64,000 nucleotides of DNA from Candidatus Woesebacteria bacterium (lineage in GTDB: Bacteria; Patescibacteriota; Microgenomatia; UBA8517), in NCBI GenBank assembly GCA_013374835.1, contig CP055307.1:146622-210621 (forward strand). Direction: 5' to 3'. Each line of letters begins with the position of its first letter. Positions within the stretch are counted from its first letter, which is position 1. Of this stretch, positions 18,640-29,049 are shown one piece after another. The notes beneath the pieces were generated by a model. The model had not been told where the DNA came from and did not search any database. It was given only the letters and a program-made list of their open reading frames with translations. The position numbers and the translations under genes are program-made.

Positions 18640-19653
18640 ATGAAAATAATCAGAAAAGAAGAAGACGTATCCAATAAAGAAAGCACTTTTTCAAAAAAGA
18701 AAAAGCAAAAAAAGAACCCTTGGGGGAAAAAAGAAAGATTTGTTATTATCGGAATACTTTTTCTAACAGCGTTTTCATCGGCTATTTTGGCAATATCGGC
18801 AAGAAGCTGGAAACTACCCGGATTTCCAAAACTCAAAGCACCGTCTTTTGAATTTGAAAAAACCTACGTTTATGAAAAAGATATAATCAAAAAATCAGAT
18901 GAAAATATCGAAAAAATTAAAGAAATCTTTAAAAAAGAAACAAACAAACTCTCTGGAGTATATGCCTTTGAGGTGGTACTTCTTGATACAAACGTTGTTT
19001 TTGGTGTAAACGAACAAACAAAACTCCAAGCAGCCTCGTTAATTAAGTTACCCGTTATGGCTCTTTTATATGAAAAAGCGCAAACCGGTAGTCTAGATTT
19101 AGATTATACTTACACGCTTAAAAATTCAGATAAAAAAGCTGGATCCGGAAGTCTATATTCTAAGCCAGAAGGAACAAAAATAACATATAGGAATTTAGCT
19201 CAATTAATGGGTAAAGAATCCGATAACACAGCATTTGCTATAGCGGTAGATATTCTTGGCGAAGAAGAAATAGAAAGCTTTATAAAAAGAGTTGGCATGT
19301 ACGAGACTAGTTTAAGCGAAAATACCACAACCCCCTATGATATCGGCATTTTTTTTAAAAAGCTCTGGAGCGGGGATATCCTCAATCATCAATATAAGGA
19401 AGAATTATTAAATTCTCTAACAGATACAATCTACGAAGACTATTTGCCAAAAGGTATTCCTGAAGAAATTGATGTTTCCCACAAATACGGCCGAGAACTT
19501 CATGTGTTAAACGATGCTGGAATCGTCAGAAGTGAGCCCCCATTTGTTTTAGTTTTAATGAGCGAAGGAATCGTTGAATCCGAAGCTGAAAAAATCTTCC
19601 CAATATTATCAAGAAAGCTTTATCAAGAAATTACATCCCTTTATAAAATTTGA
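18640..19653 (+). CDS. Membrane-anchored class A beta-lactamase-related serine hydrolase
   Basis: ASLIK (SxxK), SDN and HKYG; N-terminal TM helix. Confidence 0.85.
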   Translation: MKIIRKEEDVSNKESTFSKKKKQKKNPWGKKERFVIIGILFLTAFSSAILAISARSWKLPGFPKLKAPSFEFEKTYVYEKDIIKKSDENIEKIKEIFKKETNKLSGVYAFEVVLLDTNVVFGVNEQTKLQAASLIKLPVMALLYEKAQTGSLDLDYTYTLKNSDKKAGSGSLYSKPEGTKITYRNLAQLMGKESDNTAFAIAVDILGEEEIESFIKRVGMYETSLSENTTTPYDIGIFFKKLWSGDILNHQYKEELLNSLTDTIYEDYLPKGIPEEIDVSHKYGRELHVLNDAGIVRSEPPFVLVLMSEGIVESEAEKIFPILSRKLYQEITSLYKI

Positions 19654-21827
19654 GGTCCATTTTCACCTTCTTTTTTTTCAATAAAAGAGTTTGGGCTGCA
19701 GTGTTTGGTTGGTTTGTTCTCTTGCAAAAACCATTCTGAAATAGTAGGACATCCGGTACACGGCAAAGTCCCTAGAGTTTTGCATATCTCAAGCCGCACA
19801 AGTCCGTTTGGCACCCTCCATTCCACACTTTCCCTGCCAGAGAGTAGATGAATCATAATCTTATTCCATATCGGCGAAGCGCCTGTTACGCCTGAAGCAA
19901 TACTGCTCATTGGAGAGTTGTCGTTATTTCCAACCCAGGTAGCCACAAGGTAGTCTTGATTAAATCCGACAGTAAGATTATCTCTCAAATTATTACTGGT
20001 TCCGGTTTTTACAGCCACTTCGGGATGATTTGGTATTACAAGCATGCTGTTTATCCCAAAAGCAGGAGCTCTTGCAGAGTTATCTCGTAAAATATCAATA
20101 AGCATAAATGCAACTCTTTCGTCAAGCACTCTAATAAAACCGCATTTCTCCTCCGAGCCCTCCTTTGCGCTAACTTCTGCAAGAAATTGTTTGCAACCCT
20201 TAGAATATATGATTTTCCCCTCGGCATCGTATATTTTCTCTATGGAGCTTAAACTTGGACGCATTCCATAATTTGCAACCGTTGCGTAAGCAGTCGCAAG
20301 TTCGATAATTCGCACATCACCACCACCCAAAGTTAAAGATAATCCATAGTCCGATGCATCCTTCCAAGTTGAAATTCCCATTTTTTTTCCCAGCTCCACC
20401 ATTTTATCAACGCCGTATGAAGCAAGCGTTCTTACGGCAGGTACATTTCTTGACTCAGCAAAAGCACTTCTTAAACTAATATTCCCCCTAAATTTTCCGT
20501 CATAATTTTTAGGGGAATAAGGTTCAGTCCCTGCAACACGGAAAGTTATTGGTGAATCCTTTAGCAAAGAAGCGGGAGTATATCCATTTTCAAGAGCATA
20601 GGCATAATTTATAAGTTTTATCGAACTGCCTGGTTGCCTAAGCCTCAAAAGTACGTTTACGTTTCCATCCATTTCTGTATCAAAGTAATCCTTAGATCCG
20701 ACCATCGCCAAAATGTCACCATTTTTGGGATTAAGAACAATAGCAGCCCCATTTGATACATTTAAGTGTCGTATCGACTCTACTTCATTTTTTACTATTT
20801 CCTCCACCCTTTTTTGGAGCTTATAGTCAAGCGTTGTTACGATTTTAAGTCCGCCCTTAAGAACCATCGATTCGCCATATTTGTTAACCAGTTGATCTTT
20901 TACATACATAACAAAATGAGGTGCTTTTATCTCGGTTTTGTTTTTTGAAAATACAAGTTTTTCCTTTTTAGCCTTTTCTGCCTCCTCAAAAGTAATAAAT
21001 TCGTTCGAAACCATAAGATCAATCACTTCGTTTTGCCTTTGAATCGAAAGCTCGGGATTATTTCCAAAAGGGGAAAGCAGCGTTGGGCTTTTGGGCAATC
21101 CTGCCAAAAGCGCTGCCTCTGAAAGCGTAAGCTCGGAAACGTCCTTATCAAAATAAACTCTTGACGCTTCTTTAATCCCGTAAATACTACCTCCGTATGG
21201 AACCTCGTTTAGATACATTTCCAAAATTTCATCTTTTGAATATTTTCTCTCGACATCTATTGCAAGCAAAATCTCTCGCGCCTTTCTTTTTAAGGTTTTC
21301 TCTGGTGTAAGCAAGGCGTTCTTTACAAGCTGCTGTGTAATAGTCGAGCCGCCAGTAACTTTTCCTTCGTCTAAAAAAATACCCAAAGCACGGGTTATGC
21401 CCTTTATAGAAAAACCATGGTGTGAATAAAAATTAGCGTCCTCAGCAGCAAGAGTTGCAAGTTTTACGTTAAGCGGTATTTCAGTTAGCTTTACCCTGCT
21501 TCTGTTTTTGTCTTTATATATTTGATATAAAAGCACGCCGTTTCTATCGTAAATTTTGGTCGAGAGTTCAACATCCCTTTGTATAAGATCCTCGGCCCTA
21601 GGAAGATTGTGAAACAAAAAAGCCCACAGACCAAAAAAAACAAATACCAAAGTAAAATACAAAAAAGTTATCAAAAAAAGCAGTCTTTGAATGCCGCAAG
21701 ACAAGATTGTCCTCGGTAAAATAAAAAATGCCGAAAAAATTTTTCGCAACAGTAACAAAGCCAAATAAATTGTTTTATAAACAGGTTTTCCAATAAAGAC
21801 GAGGATGTATGCTGGTTTTGAAACCAT
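19641..21827 (-). CDS. Class A penicillin-binding protein (transglycosylase/transpeptidase)
   Basis: EDANFYSHHG, GGSTITQQLVKN, GSSIK, SRN, KTGT. Confidence 0.95.
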   Translation of the reverse strand: MVSKPAYILVFIGKPVYKTIYLALLLLRKIFSAFFILPRTILSCGIQRLLFLITFLYFTLVFVFFGLWAFLFHNLPRAEDLIQRDVELSTKIYDRNGVLLYQIYKDKNRSRVKLTEIPLNVKLATLAAEDANFYSHHGFSIKGITRALGIFLDEGKVTGGSTITQQLVKNALLTPEKTLKRKAREILLAIDVERKYSKDEILEMYLNEVPYGGSIYGIKEASRVYFDKDVSELTLSEAALLAGLPKSPTLLSPFGNNPELSIQRQNEVIDLMVSNEFITFEEAEKAKKEKLVFSKNKTEIKAPHFVMYVKDQLVNKYGESMVLKGGLKIVTTLDYKLQKRVEEIVKNEVESIRHLNVSNGAAIVLNPKNGDILAMVGSKDYFDTEMDGNVNVLLRLRQPGSSIKLINYAYALENGYTPASLLKDSPITFRVAGTEPYSPKNYDGKFRGNISLRSAFAESRNVPAVRTLASYGVDKMVELGKKMGISTWKDASDYGLSLTLGGGDVRIIELATAYATVANYGMRPSLSSIEKIYDAEGKIIYSKGCKQFLAEVSAKEGSEEKCGFIRVLDERVAFMLIDILRDNSARAPAFGINSMLVIPNHPEVAVKTGTSNNLRDNLTVGFNQDYLVATWVGNNDNSPMSSIASGVTGASPIWNKIMIHLLSGRESVEWRVPNGLVRLEICKTLGTLPCTGCPTISEWFLQENKPTKHCSPNSFIEKKEGENGPQIL

Positions 21828-21918
21828 ACCCTATATTATATCAATCACAACAGCCATTTTGGAGTAGGAATTTAAACGAATTGAACACAAAAATATGTCT
21901 ATAGTTGTAGAATAAGAA

Positions 21919-24153
21919 CTACTTTAGCGGGTAACTAACATTTACGCGATTCATCGGAAAAGGACACGTCAGACATATCATTGTGCCAAGAGGATCATAT
22001 ATTACCAAATGATTTTGCATTTCAATATTTTCAGTCGGAGTATCGGAAGAAGCAAGCGTTTGATTTATTCTATCTATTTGAACATCCTGCCTAGTAGCTA
22101 GATTTTTCTTTGGCAAATTATCTTTAAGAAAATATTCAAATCTTTTTGGACAATCAGCAGATTCGTTTTCGGGTAATCCGCCACTATCGGCACACACGCT
22201 AAGCCCGACAACTTCATCCGGCTTTGTCGGCCAGCCGTGTCCTTTATCCGAAGAATTATAAAATCCTTCTTCTGCTTTATCCAATACCTTTTTCATTATT
22301 CTGTTCCAAATAGGAGAGGCTCCGGATACGCCCGAAACAGCACCGCTCATAGATGTATAGTCGTTGTTTCCCACCCAAGTTAAAACCAAAGCATGTGATG
22401 TGTATCCGACAGTCCAGTTATCTCGAAGATCGTTAGTTGTTCCCGTTTTTACCGAAACCTCGGGATGGCCGCTTACATTAAGATACGAAGAGGCTCCAAA
22501 AGCAGAGGAACGCGCATTGTTGTCGTGAAGGATATGAGAAATTATAAATGCAACACCAGAATTAAGAACCCGTACGCCCTCGGCCTCATCTCTATCATAT
22601 TCAAAAAGTACTTTTCCCTTCCAATCCTCAACTTTAAGGATAGAAACAAGATCTTGTTTTATGCCTTGGTTGGCGAGCACTCCGAACGCAACTGCCATGT
22701 CATAAGGCATCACCTCTCCTCCGCCTAAGGTTAGAGACAGCCCATAATTTTCTGGATCTTTAAAAGTGGTTATGCCCATCTGTGTCGCAAAATCAATAAA
22801 ATTCTCTAAACCGTTAAGCGCAAGCACTCTGACGGCAGGAATGTTATAGGAATTTCCAAGTGCGAATCTTGCTTGTATAGCACCGTGAAATTGCCAGTCA
22901 TAATTTGAAGGACAATAAGGTTTCTGTCCTGCCACTAAAAAACAAGTTGGAACATCTGCAAGTGGTGTGCTGGCAGTTATCTTACCGTCTCTTATGGCCA
23001 GTGCATAATTTAAGGGTTTTATAGAACTTCCGGGTTGTCTTTTTGCGAAAATAATATTTACCTTACCGTCTTCATCCTCTGCGTTATAATTTTTTGAGCC
23101 GACCATAGCAAGTATTTCACCACTTTTAGGTCTTGTTACCAATGCGGCTCCATTACCGACATTTTGATTTTTGAGTTTTTCAACCTCATCGAGCACGATC
23201 TCCTGTGCATACTCTTGTAGCTCAAGATCAAGAGTGGTTGTTACACGAAGCCCCCCTTTCTCAACAACGTTGTCACCATATTCTTTTGCAAGTAATTCTT
23301 TAACCCAAAGCGCAAAATGTGCTGCCTTTAGATCTTTCGCTTCAGCATACTTAAGCTCCTCACTAAGAGCTTGTTCCGCTTCTTCCTCAGTAATATATTT
23401 ATCTTCAACCATCCTTTTTAAAACAAGAGCTTGTCGCTCTTTTGCATATTCGGGATGGGCTCCAAAAGGAGAGTAAAGAGTTGGGGCCGCAGTTAGTCCT
23501 GCTAAAAGTGAAGACTCAGCCAAGGTCAAATCCTCTGCATTTTTGCCGAAATAAAGCTCGGATGCCGACCCGATGCCGTAAGCTGTTGATCCATAAGGGA
23601 CCTGGTTTAAATACATCTCCAATATTTTATCTTTCGGATATCTAAGCTCAACAAGTACGGCCAAAACAAACTCACGGACCTTTCGCTTAATTGTTCTCTC
23701 TGGCGTTAGAAGAGAATTTTTTACAAGCTGCTGCGTAAGAGTGGACCCGCCCTCAAGCTTTTTCCTGAAAATAGTTTTGTATAAAGCTCTGCTCATCCCG
23801 CTAATCGAAAACCCGGGGTGTTTATAAAAATCTTTGTCCTCAATGGCTATCGTGGCTTTTTTAACATGATCGGGAATTCTCTCAAGAGGTATTGGATTTC
23901 TTCTTTGATCGGTATATATTTCATAAATTAATTTCCCTTTTCTGTCATAAAGCTTAGTGGAAATGGCTTGGTCCTTAGAAATATCACCAGTGAAGGGTAT
24001 ACCCCAAAAAAACCACAAACTGAGAATTAAAAAAACAAAAGTTGCCCCTGCAATAACTTTTTTCTTTTTTGAAAGGCTAATTTTTAACAAACGTTTTTTT
24101 TTCTCAAACTGTTGGCCTTGACGCTTTTTGCGCTTCGAATCGGATTTTGTCAT
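21919..24153 (-). CDS. Class A penicillin-binding protein (second paralogue)
   Basis: EDKDFYKHPG, GGSTLTQQLVKN, GSSIK, SYN, KTGT; start reassigned to ATG 24153, 6 nt after TATAAT. Confidence 0.95.
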   Translation of the reverse strand: MTKSDSKRKKRQGQQFEKKKRLLKISLSKKKKVIAGATFVFLILSLWFFWGIPFTGDISKDQAISTKLYDRKGKLIYEIYTDQRRNPIPLERIPDHVKKATIAIEDKDFYKHPGFSISGMSRALYKTIFRKKLEGGSTLTQQLVKNSLLTPERTIKRKVREFVLAVLVELRYPKDKILEMYLNQVPYGSTAYGIGSASELYFGKNAEDLTLAESSLLAGLTAAPTLYSPFGAHPEYAKERQALVLKRMVEDKYITEEEAEQALSEELKYAEAKDLKAAHFALWVKELLAKEYGDNVVEKGGLRVTTTLDLELQEYAQEIVLDEVEKLKNQNVGNGAALVTRPKSGEILAMVGSKNYNAEDEDGKVNIIFAKRQPGSSIKPLNYALAIRDGKITASTPLADVPTCFLVAGQKPYCPSNYDWQFHGAIQARFALGNSYNIPAVRVLALNGLENFIDFATQMGITTFKDPENYGLSLTLGGGEVMPYDMAVAFGVLANQGIKQDLVSILKVEDWKGKVLFEYDRDEAEGVRVLNSGVAFIISHILHDNNARSSAFGASSYLNVSGHPEVSVKTGTTNDLRDNWTVGYTSHALVLTWVGNNDYTSMSGAVSGVSGASPIWNRIMKKVLDKAEEGFYNSSDKGHGWPTKPDEVVGLSVCADSGGLPENESADCPKRFEYFLKDNLPKKNLATRQDVQIDRINQTLASSDTPTENIEMQNHLVIYDPLGTMICLTCPFPMNRVNVSYPLK

Positions 24154-24216
24154 GAAGAAATTATACCTCAAGCTGGTCTATTCGTGTAATAATTGTTAAT
24201 ATATAATTTAAGTTCA

Positions 24217-24711
24217 ATGAATACACTAACTTCAAAACCGTGGTGGAATTATTTGCAAAACGATATTAAAGACTTGCTTGGTGAATCCTTTCTCCTTCTT
24301 GAAAAATCCAAAACGTGGAGAAAAAAGTTTCATGACTATTCGTTTGTAGTATTTCCCGCATCCAAAGCCTATGAGGGATTTTTGAAAATATTACTTCTGG
24401 ACATGGGTCTTATTACGAAAAAAGATTATTTCGGCAAGCATTTTCGCATAGGAAAATCTCTTAATCCGAGTCTAGATGTTAAGTATCGAGATGAAAGCTG
24501 GGTATACGACAATCTTGCTAATTTTTGTAAAAGCGAAAAATTGCCCCAAAAATTATGGAAAACATGGAAAACGGCAAGGAATTTAGTCTTTCACTGGTTT
24601 CCGAACGAAGTAAATGCAATTACACTGCCCGAGGCCGAAGACAGAATAAGGCTCATAATAGAATCAATCGATTTAGTCTATACGGAATGTGGTGTAAAAT
24701 TAATTAGATGA
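24217..24711 (+). CDS. Putative HEPN-domain protein resembling the RNase LS/RnlA C-terminal domain
   Basis: DYSFVVFPASKAYEGFLK and an Rx4H motif (RNLVFH). Confidence 0.6.
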   Translation: MNTLTSKPWWNYLQNDIKDLLGESFLLLEKSKTWRKKFHDYSFVVFPASKAYEGFLKILLLDMGLITKKDYFGKHFRIGKSLNPSLDVKYRDESWVYDNLANFCKSEKLPQKLWKTWKTARNLVFHWFPNEVNAITLPEAEDRIRLIIESIDLVYTECGVKLIR

Positions 24712-25349
24712 AGCTTGACAAATTCAAACACACAATAGCCCTTTATGCATTTCTGCTTGTCGCTTGGGGTTTTTATAGGCTTCTTTTCCAATTCCCCGAA
24801 GAAATTGAAATTCTAATAATTAAACCGCTTGTTTGGCTCGTACCCACATTCTACTTAGTTAAAAAAGAAAAAGAAAAGATTCAAAGCTTAGGTGTTACTA
24901 CCAAAAATTTATTTCCAACGCTTTATTTTGCAATTTTCTTGGGTGCAGTGTTTTTAATTGAAGGCTTGTTTGTTAACTATCTTAAACACGGAAGTTTGTC
25001 TTTTGGAGCAAACATAGGCAGCATTCCTATTCTTGAGGCTGTCTTTCTATCCTTCGCGACAGCTCTCTCGGAAGAAATTACATTTAGGGGCTTTATATTT
25101 ACACGCATTTGGCAGAATCTTAAATCCGAGTGGACCGCAAATATTCTCACCAGTGTAGGATGGACGCTAATACATCTTCCGATAGCTGTACTTGATTGGA
25201 AACTTGCATTATCAGAACTTCTTATATACTCTTTATTGGTAATGTCTTTTTCTTTAGGGGCTTCCTTTATTTTTGCACGCACAAGAAACGTTTTCGCTTC
25301 GGTTTTTCTCCATGTTTTATGGCAGTGGCCGATTATACTATTTAGATAA
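24708..25349 (+). CDS. CPBP (Abi / type II CAAX) intramembrane glutamic endopeptidase
   Basis: EEITFRG, HLP and LHVLW motifs; multiple TM helices. Confidence 0.9.
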   Translation: MKLDKFKHTIALYAFLLVAWGFYRLLFQFPEEIEILIIKPLVWLVPTFYLVKKEKEKIQSLGVTTKNLFPTLYFAIFLGAVFLIEGLFVNYLKHGSLSFGANIGSIPILEAVFLSFATALSEEITFRGFIFTRIWQNLKSEWTANILTSVGWTLIHLPIAVLDWKLALSELLIYSLLVMSFSLGASFIFARTRNVFASVFLHVLWQWPIILFR

Positions 25350-25392
25350 TTTGACTATTTGTATCACTATGATCTATTATGATTAGGCTTTT

Positions 25393-26016
25393 ATGCTTCG
25401 GCGTTTAACAATATTATCACCAGTAGTGGTTTTTGCAACGATTATTCTTTTGGCATCTATATTTCGTTCGGCATCGGTTAAATATTCGTTTCATTTACCT
25501 CCTTCAAGCGAGACCATAATTACGGTAAATACTCCAAAAATTGATTATTCTCTTCCCTCGGTTGGAGCAGTTGGTCCAAAGCATCCACTTTGGCCTCTTG
25601 AGGTGGGTCGGGACAAAATTTGGCTTTTTATAAATAGAGATTATCTCAGAAAGGCTGAAATTGCGCTTCTGCTTGCTGATAAAAGGCTTTCTTATGCTGA
25701 TCATTTAATGGGTGAAGGTAACGTTGAATTTAGCATGTCCGTAGCGAGAAAATCGGAGATGTACCTTGAAGAATCCTGCAAATATTTGGAGAAGGCGGAA
25801 GAACACGGAGCAAATGTGCTCGATTTTACAGAAAAATTGTCGCTTGCATCACTTAAACATCGCGAAGTTTTGGAAACAATGCTTACTCATGCTCCAGAAG
25901 ACGCAAAACCCATTCTTATACAAATCCTTAATATTTCAAAAGGAGTTTACGAAAAGACAACTCATCTTCTTAATAAATACCAAAGAAGTCTTTATACAAA
26001 CCCCTTTAAAAGTTGA
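25393..26016 (+). CDS. Membrane-anchored helical protein (DUF5667-like)
   Basis: P.HPLWPL...RD.I...L..ADKRL pattern after an N-terminal TM helix. Confidence 0.55.
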   Translation: MLRRLTILSPVVVFATIILLASIFRSASVKYSFHLPPSSETIITVNTPKIDYSLPSVGAVGPKHPLWPLEVGRDKIWLFINRDYLRKAEIALLLADKRLSYADHLMGEGNVEFSMSVARKSEMYLEESCKYLEKAEEHGANVLDFTEKLSLASLKHREVLETMLTHAPEDAKPILIQILNISKGVYEKTTHLLNKYQRSLYTNPFKS

Positions 26017-26074
26017 GTAATTACTGAATTTTTCTTAATTCTGACATTTTTTGACATATTTATTAATAGTTGAC

Positions 26075-26122
26075 ATCACACATTTAGTGTTAGAATATTG
26101 TGAATATCACTGGAAATAGTGT
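26075..26122 (+). promoter_or_regulatory. Tandem NrdR boxes overlapping the nrdR-nrdJ promoter
   Basis: ATCACACATTTAGTGT (26075-26090) and TCACTGGAAATAGTGT (26107-26122), 32 bp apart, resemble acaCwAtATaTwGtgt; they flank the extended -10 TGtTAGAAT (26088-26096). Confidence 0.7.
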
Positions 26123-26146
26123 TTTTCTATTTCACAAGTGAAATAT

Positions 26147-26593
26147 ATGAAATGCCCTTTTTGCAATGCAGACGAAACCCACGTACTGGAATCAAGAGCA
26201 ATAGAAGATGGGCGGGTTATAAGAAGAAGGCGGAAATGCATTAAGTGCAAAAAGCGCTTTACAACATACGAAAGCATAAAAAAAAGCGTCCTTTGGGTTG
26301 TCAAAAAGAGTGGTAACAGAGAGCCTTTCGATAAAGAAAAAATTAAAAGAGGTATTTTAAGAGCAATTGAAAAAAGACCTGTATCTCTTGATCTCGTAAA
26401 CGATATCGTAGATCAGGTAGAAAGAGAAATGCTCAAAAAAGAAAAAGAAGAAGTCCCATCCCGCTGGATAGGGAACGAAGTTTTAAAAAGGTTGATAAAA
26501 ATCGACAGAGTAGCCTGGCTTAGATTTGCAAGCGTATATTTGGAGTTTGAGGAACTCAAAGATTTTGAAAACGCAATAATCAAAAAAAAGTAA
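26147..26593 (+). CDS. nrdR: Transcriptional repressor NrdR
   Basis: MKCPFC, IRRRRKC..C..RFTTYE, ATP-cone, RFASVY. Confidence 0.97.
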   Translation: MKCPFCNADETHVLESRAIEDGRVIRRRRKCIKCKKRFTTYESIKKSVLWVVKKSGNREPFDKEKIKRGILRAIEKRPVSLDLVNDIVDQVEREMLKKEKEEVPSRWIGNEVLKRLIKIDRVAWLRFASVYLEFEELKDFENAIIKKK

Positions 26594-26594
26594 T

Positions 26595-29045
26595 ATGGTA
26601 ACAAAAAAGAAGCAGCTTAATTTAGAGAGCCTAACATTTCCTTCATATGAGGAAATCAAAACTATAACAGAAAAAAGAGTAGGCAAGATGCCGAAGTTGC
26701 CAAAGGCTCTTCCAAAAGGAGATTGGTCCGAGCAGGCACTAAAAGTGCTGGAAGAAAGATATCTGCAAAGAAATATTAATAACGAAGTGAACGAAACCCC
26801 TGAAGAAATGATCTGGAGAGTTTCCTGGGAAATAGCTTCCGCGGAAGCGATCTGGGGTAAAAAAAGGTCAGAAGTTAGAAACAAAGCAATAGAATTCTAC
26901 AAGCTTCTTATAAGCCGCGAGTTTCTTCCGAATTCGCCAACCCTTATGAACGCCGGTACCGGAAACATGCTTCAATTTTCAGCGTGTTTTGTTCTTCCCG
27001 TAGACGATTCAATGGAGGGAATTTTTGACGCACTCAAATTCCAAGCATTAATACACAAAAGCGGGGGCGGAACCGGCTTTTCCTTCAGCCGCTTAAGACC
27101 TAAAGGATCCTTAGTTAAAAGTAGCAAAGGTACGGCATCGGGTCCAGTTTCGTTTATGAGGGTGTTCGACGCGGCAACGAATGAAGTAAAGCAGGGGGGG
27201 AAAAGAAGGGGGGCAAACATGGGTATCTTAAGAGTTGATCATCCGGACATTTTAGAATTTATCCACTGTAAAGAAGAGGGCGGAATTACAAACTTTAATA
27301 TATCAGTTGCAATTACGGACAAATTTATGGAAGCTTATGAAAAAGACGAAAACTACGACCTTTTAGATCCGAGAACACAAAAAAAGATAGGATCTCTTTC
27401 GGCGCGAAAAGTATTTACACAGATTGCTGAAGCTGCATGGAGAACGGGCGATCCGGGATTAATCTTTATAGATAGGATAAACATGTCCAAAGCAAATCCC
27501 GTACCATCACTTGGTCCTATCGAATCAACTAATCCATGTGGTGAACAGCCTTTATACCCCTTTGACTCCTGCAATCTTGGGAGTATTTTTTTAAGCTATT
27601 TTGTAAAAGAAGATAATAGTGGAGCAAAATCGGTAGATTGGGATAAATTAAAAAAAGTAACAAGACAAGCTGTGAATTTTTTGGACAACGTAATCGAGCT
27701 AAATCCTTATCCACTTGAGGAAATTAGAAGAATTTCCCTTGCAATAAGAAGAATAGGTCTTGGTGTAGGCGGATGGGCTGATATGTTAATCGATTTGGGC
27801 ATACCCTACGATTCTGAGCAAGCTCTCAGACTGGGAGAGAAAATTATGAAAACAATTAGCGAAGAAGCAGTAGCGGCTTCCGAGGATTTGGCTAAAAAAC
27901 GAGGCCCTTTTCCTCTTTGGCCGATTAGTATCTATAAAAACGATAAACCAAGAAGAAATTCAACAGTTACAACAATTGCTCCAACAGGCACAATTTCTAT
28001 AATTGCAGGCACATCAAGTGGTATAGAGCCGATTTTTGCAATAGCATTCCAGCATATTGTAAAAGATAAACATTTAGAAAGAACGCTAAATTTCATAAAT
28101 CCAAAATTCGAAGAAATAGCACGAAAACAGGGGTTTTGGTCCGAAGAAATAGAAAAAAAAGTATCAGAACACGGCACAATTAGAAGTATTGAAGAAATAC
28201 CCGAAGAAGTAAGAAACATATTTGGTACCGCCCACGAAATCCACCACGATTGGCATATAAAAATGCAGTCAGCCTTCCAAAAATATACGGAAAATGCAGT
28301 AAGTAAAACTATAAACCTAAGAAACGAAGTAACTCCTGAAGATGTAAAACAATCTTATGTTCTAGCTTGGAAAACGGGCTGCAGCGGAATCACTGTTTTC
28401 AGAGACGGCTGTAAAAACGCTCAAGTATTAAATCTCGGCATCAAAGAAGAAAAAGAGGGAGAAAAAGGCAATGGAATTATAAAACCAACAGAAGAACGCC
28501 CATTCAAAGTATCAGGTGCCACATACAAACTCAAAACTCCGGTAGGCACGGCCTTTATTACCATAAATGAGGACGACAAAGGCGAACCGATCGAAATATT
28601 TATAAACGTAGGCAAGGCCGGCAGTGATATTACAGCAGTCGCAGAAGCGCTCGGGCGCACGGTTTCAACAGCGCTTAGATTTAAAGGTGTGCTTAGCCCA
28701 AGACAAAGGGCGATAGAAATAGCTAGTCAGCTTTCTGGGATCGGAGGAAGAAGGTCTGTCGGCTTCGGTCCCAACAAAATTCGCTCTCTTCCAGATGCTG
28801 TTGCTGTTGCTCTTTCAAACCATCTTGGTTTTAAGATAAATGGAACTTATCACGAACAGGTAACAGACTCCGAAAAGCTCTATTTGAACAACAAAGAAGG
28901 TCAAGCATATAATTTTACTCAAACACAAGCTGCTTTGGAAATTGTATCGATTAAAGCGGATATTTGCCCTGTTTGTGGAGCAAACGCTTTAGTTTATGAA
29001 GAAGGGTGTGAAAAATGTCACGTCTGTGGTTATTCGGAATGTTAA
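26595..29045 (+). CDS. nrdJ: Adenosylcobalamin-dependent (class II) ribonucleotide reductase with C-terminal TSCPD and zinc-ribbon region
   Basis: FLPNSPTLMNAG, SACFV, GGGTG, TNPCGEQPL, CNLGS, TIAPTGTIS; C-terminal CPVC...CEKCHVCGYSEC; no beta-subunit gene nearby. Confidence 0.93.
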   Translation: MVTKKKQLNLESLTFPSYEEIKTITEKRVGKMPKLPKALPKGDWSEQALKVLEERYLQRNINNEVNETPEEMIWRVSWEIASAEAIWGKKRSEVRNKAIEFYKLLISREFLPNSPTLMNAGTGNMLQFSACFVLPVDDSMEGIFDALKFQALIHKSGGGTGFSFSRLRPKGSLVKSSKGTASGPVSFMRVFDAATNEVKQGGKRRGANMGILRVDHPDILEFIHCKEEGGITNFNISVAITDKFMEAYEKDENYDLLDPRTQKKIGSLSARKVFTQIAEAAWRTGDPGLIFIDRINMSKANPVPSLGPIESTNPCGEQPLYPFDSCNLGSIFLSYFVKEDNSGAKSVDWDKLKKVTRQAVNFLDNVIELNPYPLEEIRRISLAIRRIGLGVGGWADMLIDLGIPYDSEQALRLGEKIMKTISEEAVAASEDLAKKRGPFPLWPISIYKNDKPRRNSTVTTIAPTGTISIIAGTSSGIEPIFAIAFQHIVKDKHLERTLNFINPKFEEIARKQGFWSEEIEKKVSEHGTIRSIEEIPEEVRNIFGTAHEIHHDWHIKMQSAFQKYTENAVSKTINLRNEVTPEDVKQSYVLAWKTGCSGITVFRDGCKNAQVLNLGIKEEKEGEKGNGIIKPTEERPFKVSGATYKLKTPVGTAFITINEDDKGEPIEIFINVGKAGSDITAVAEALGRTVSTALRFKGVLSPRQRAIEIASQLSGIGGRRSVGFGPNKIRSLPDAVAVALSNHLGFKINGTYHEQVTDSEKLYLNNKEGQAYNFTQTQAALEIVSIKADICPVCGANALVYEEGCEKCHVCGYSEC

Positions 29046-29049
29046 TTAT

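Noticed and set aside
18640-19653. Antibiotic-resistance beta-lactamase call
   Set aside because: Omega-loop Glu motif apparently absent, KYG instead of KTG, and membrane-anchored; kept only as a beta-lactamase-related protein
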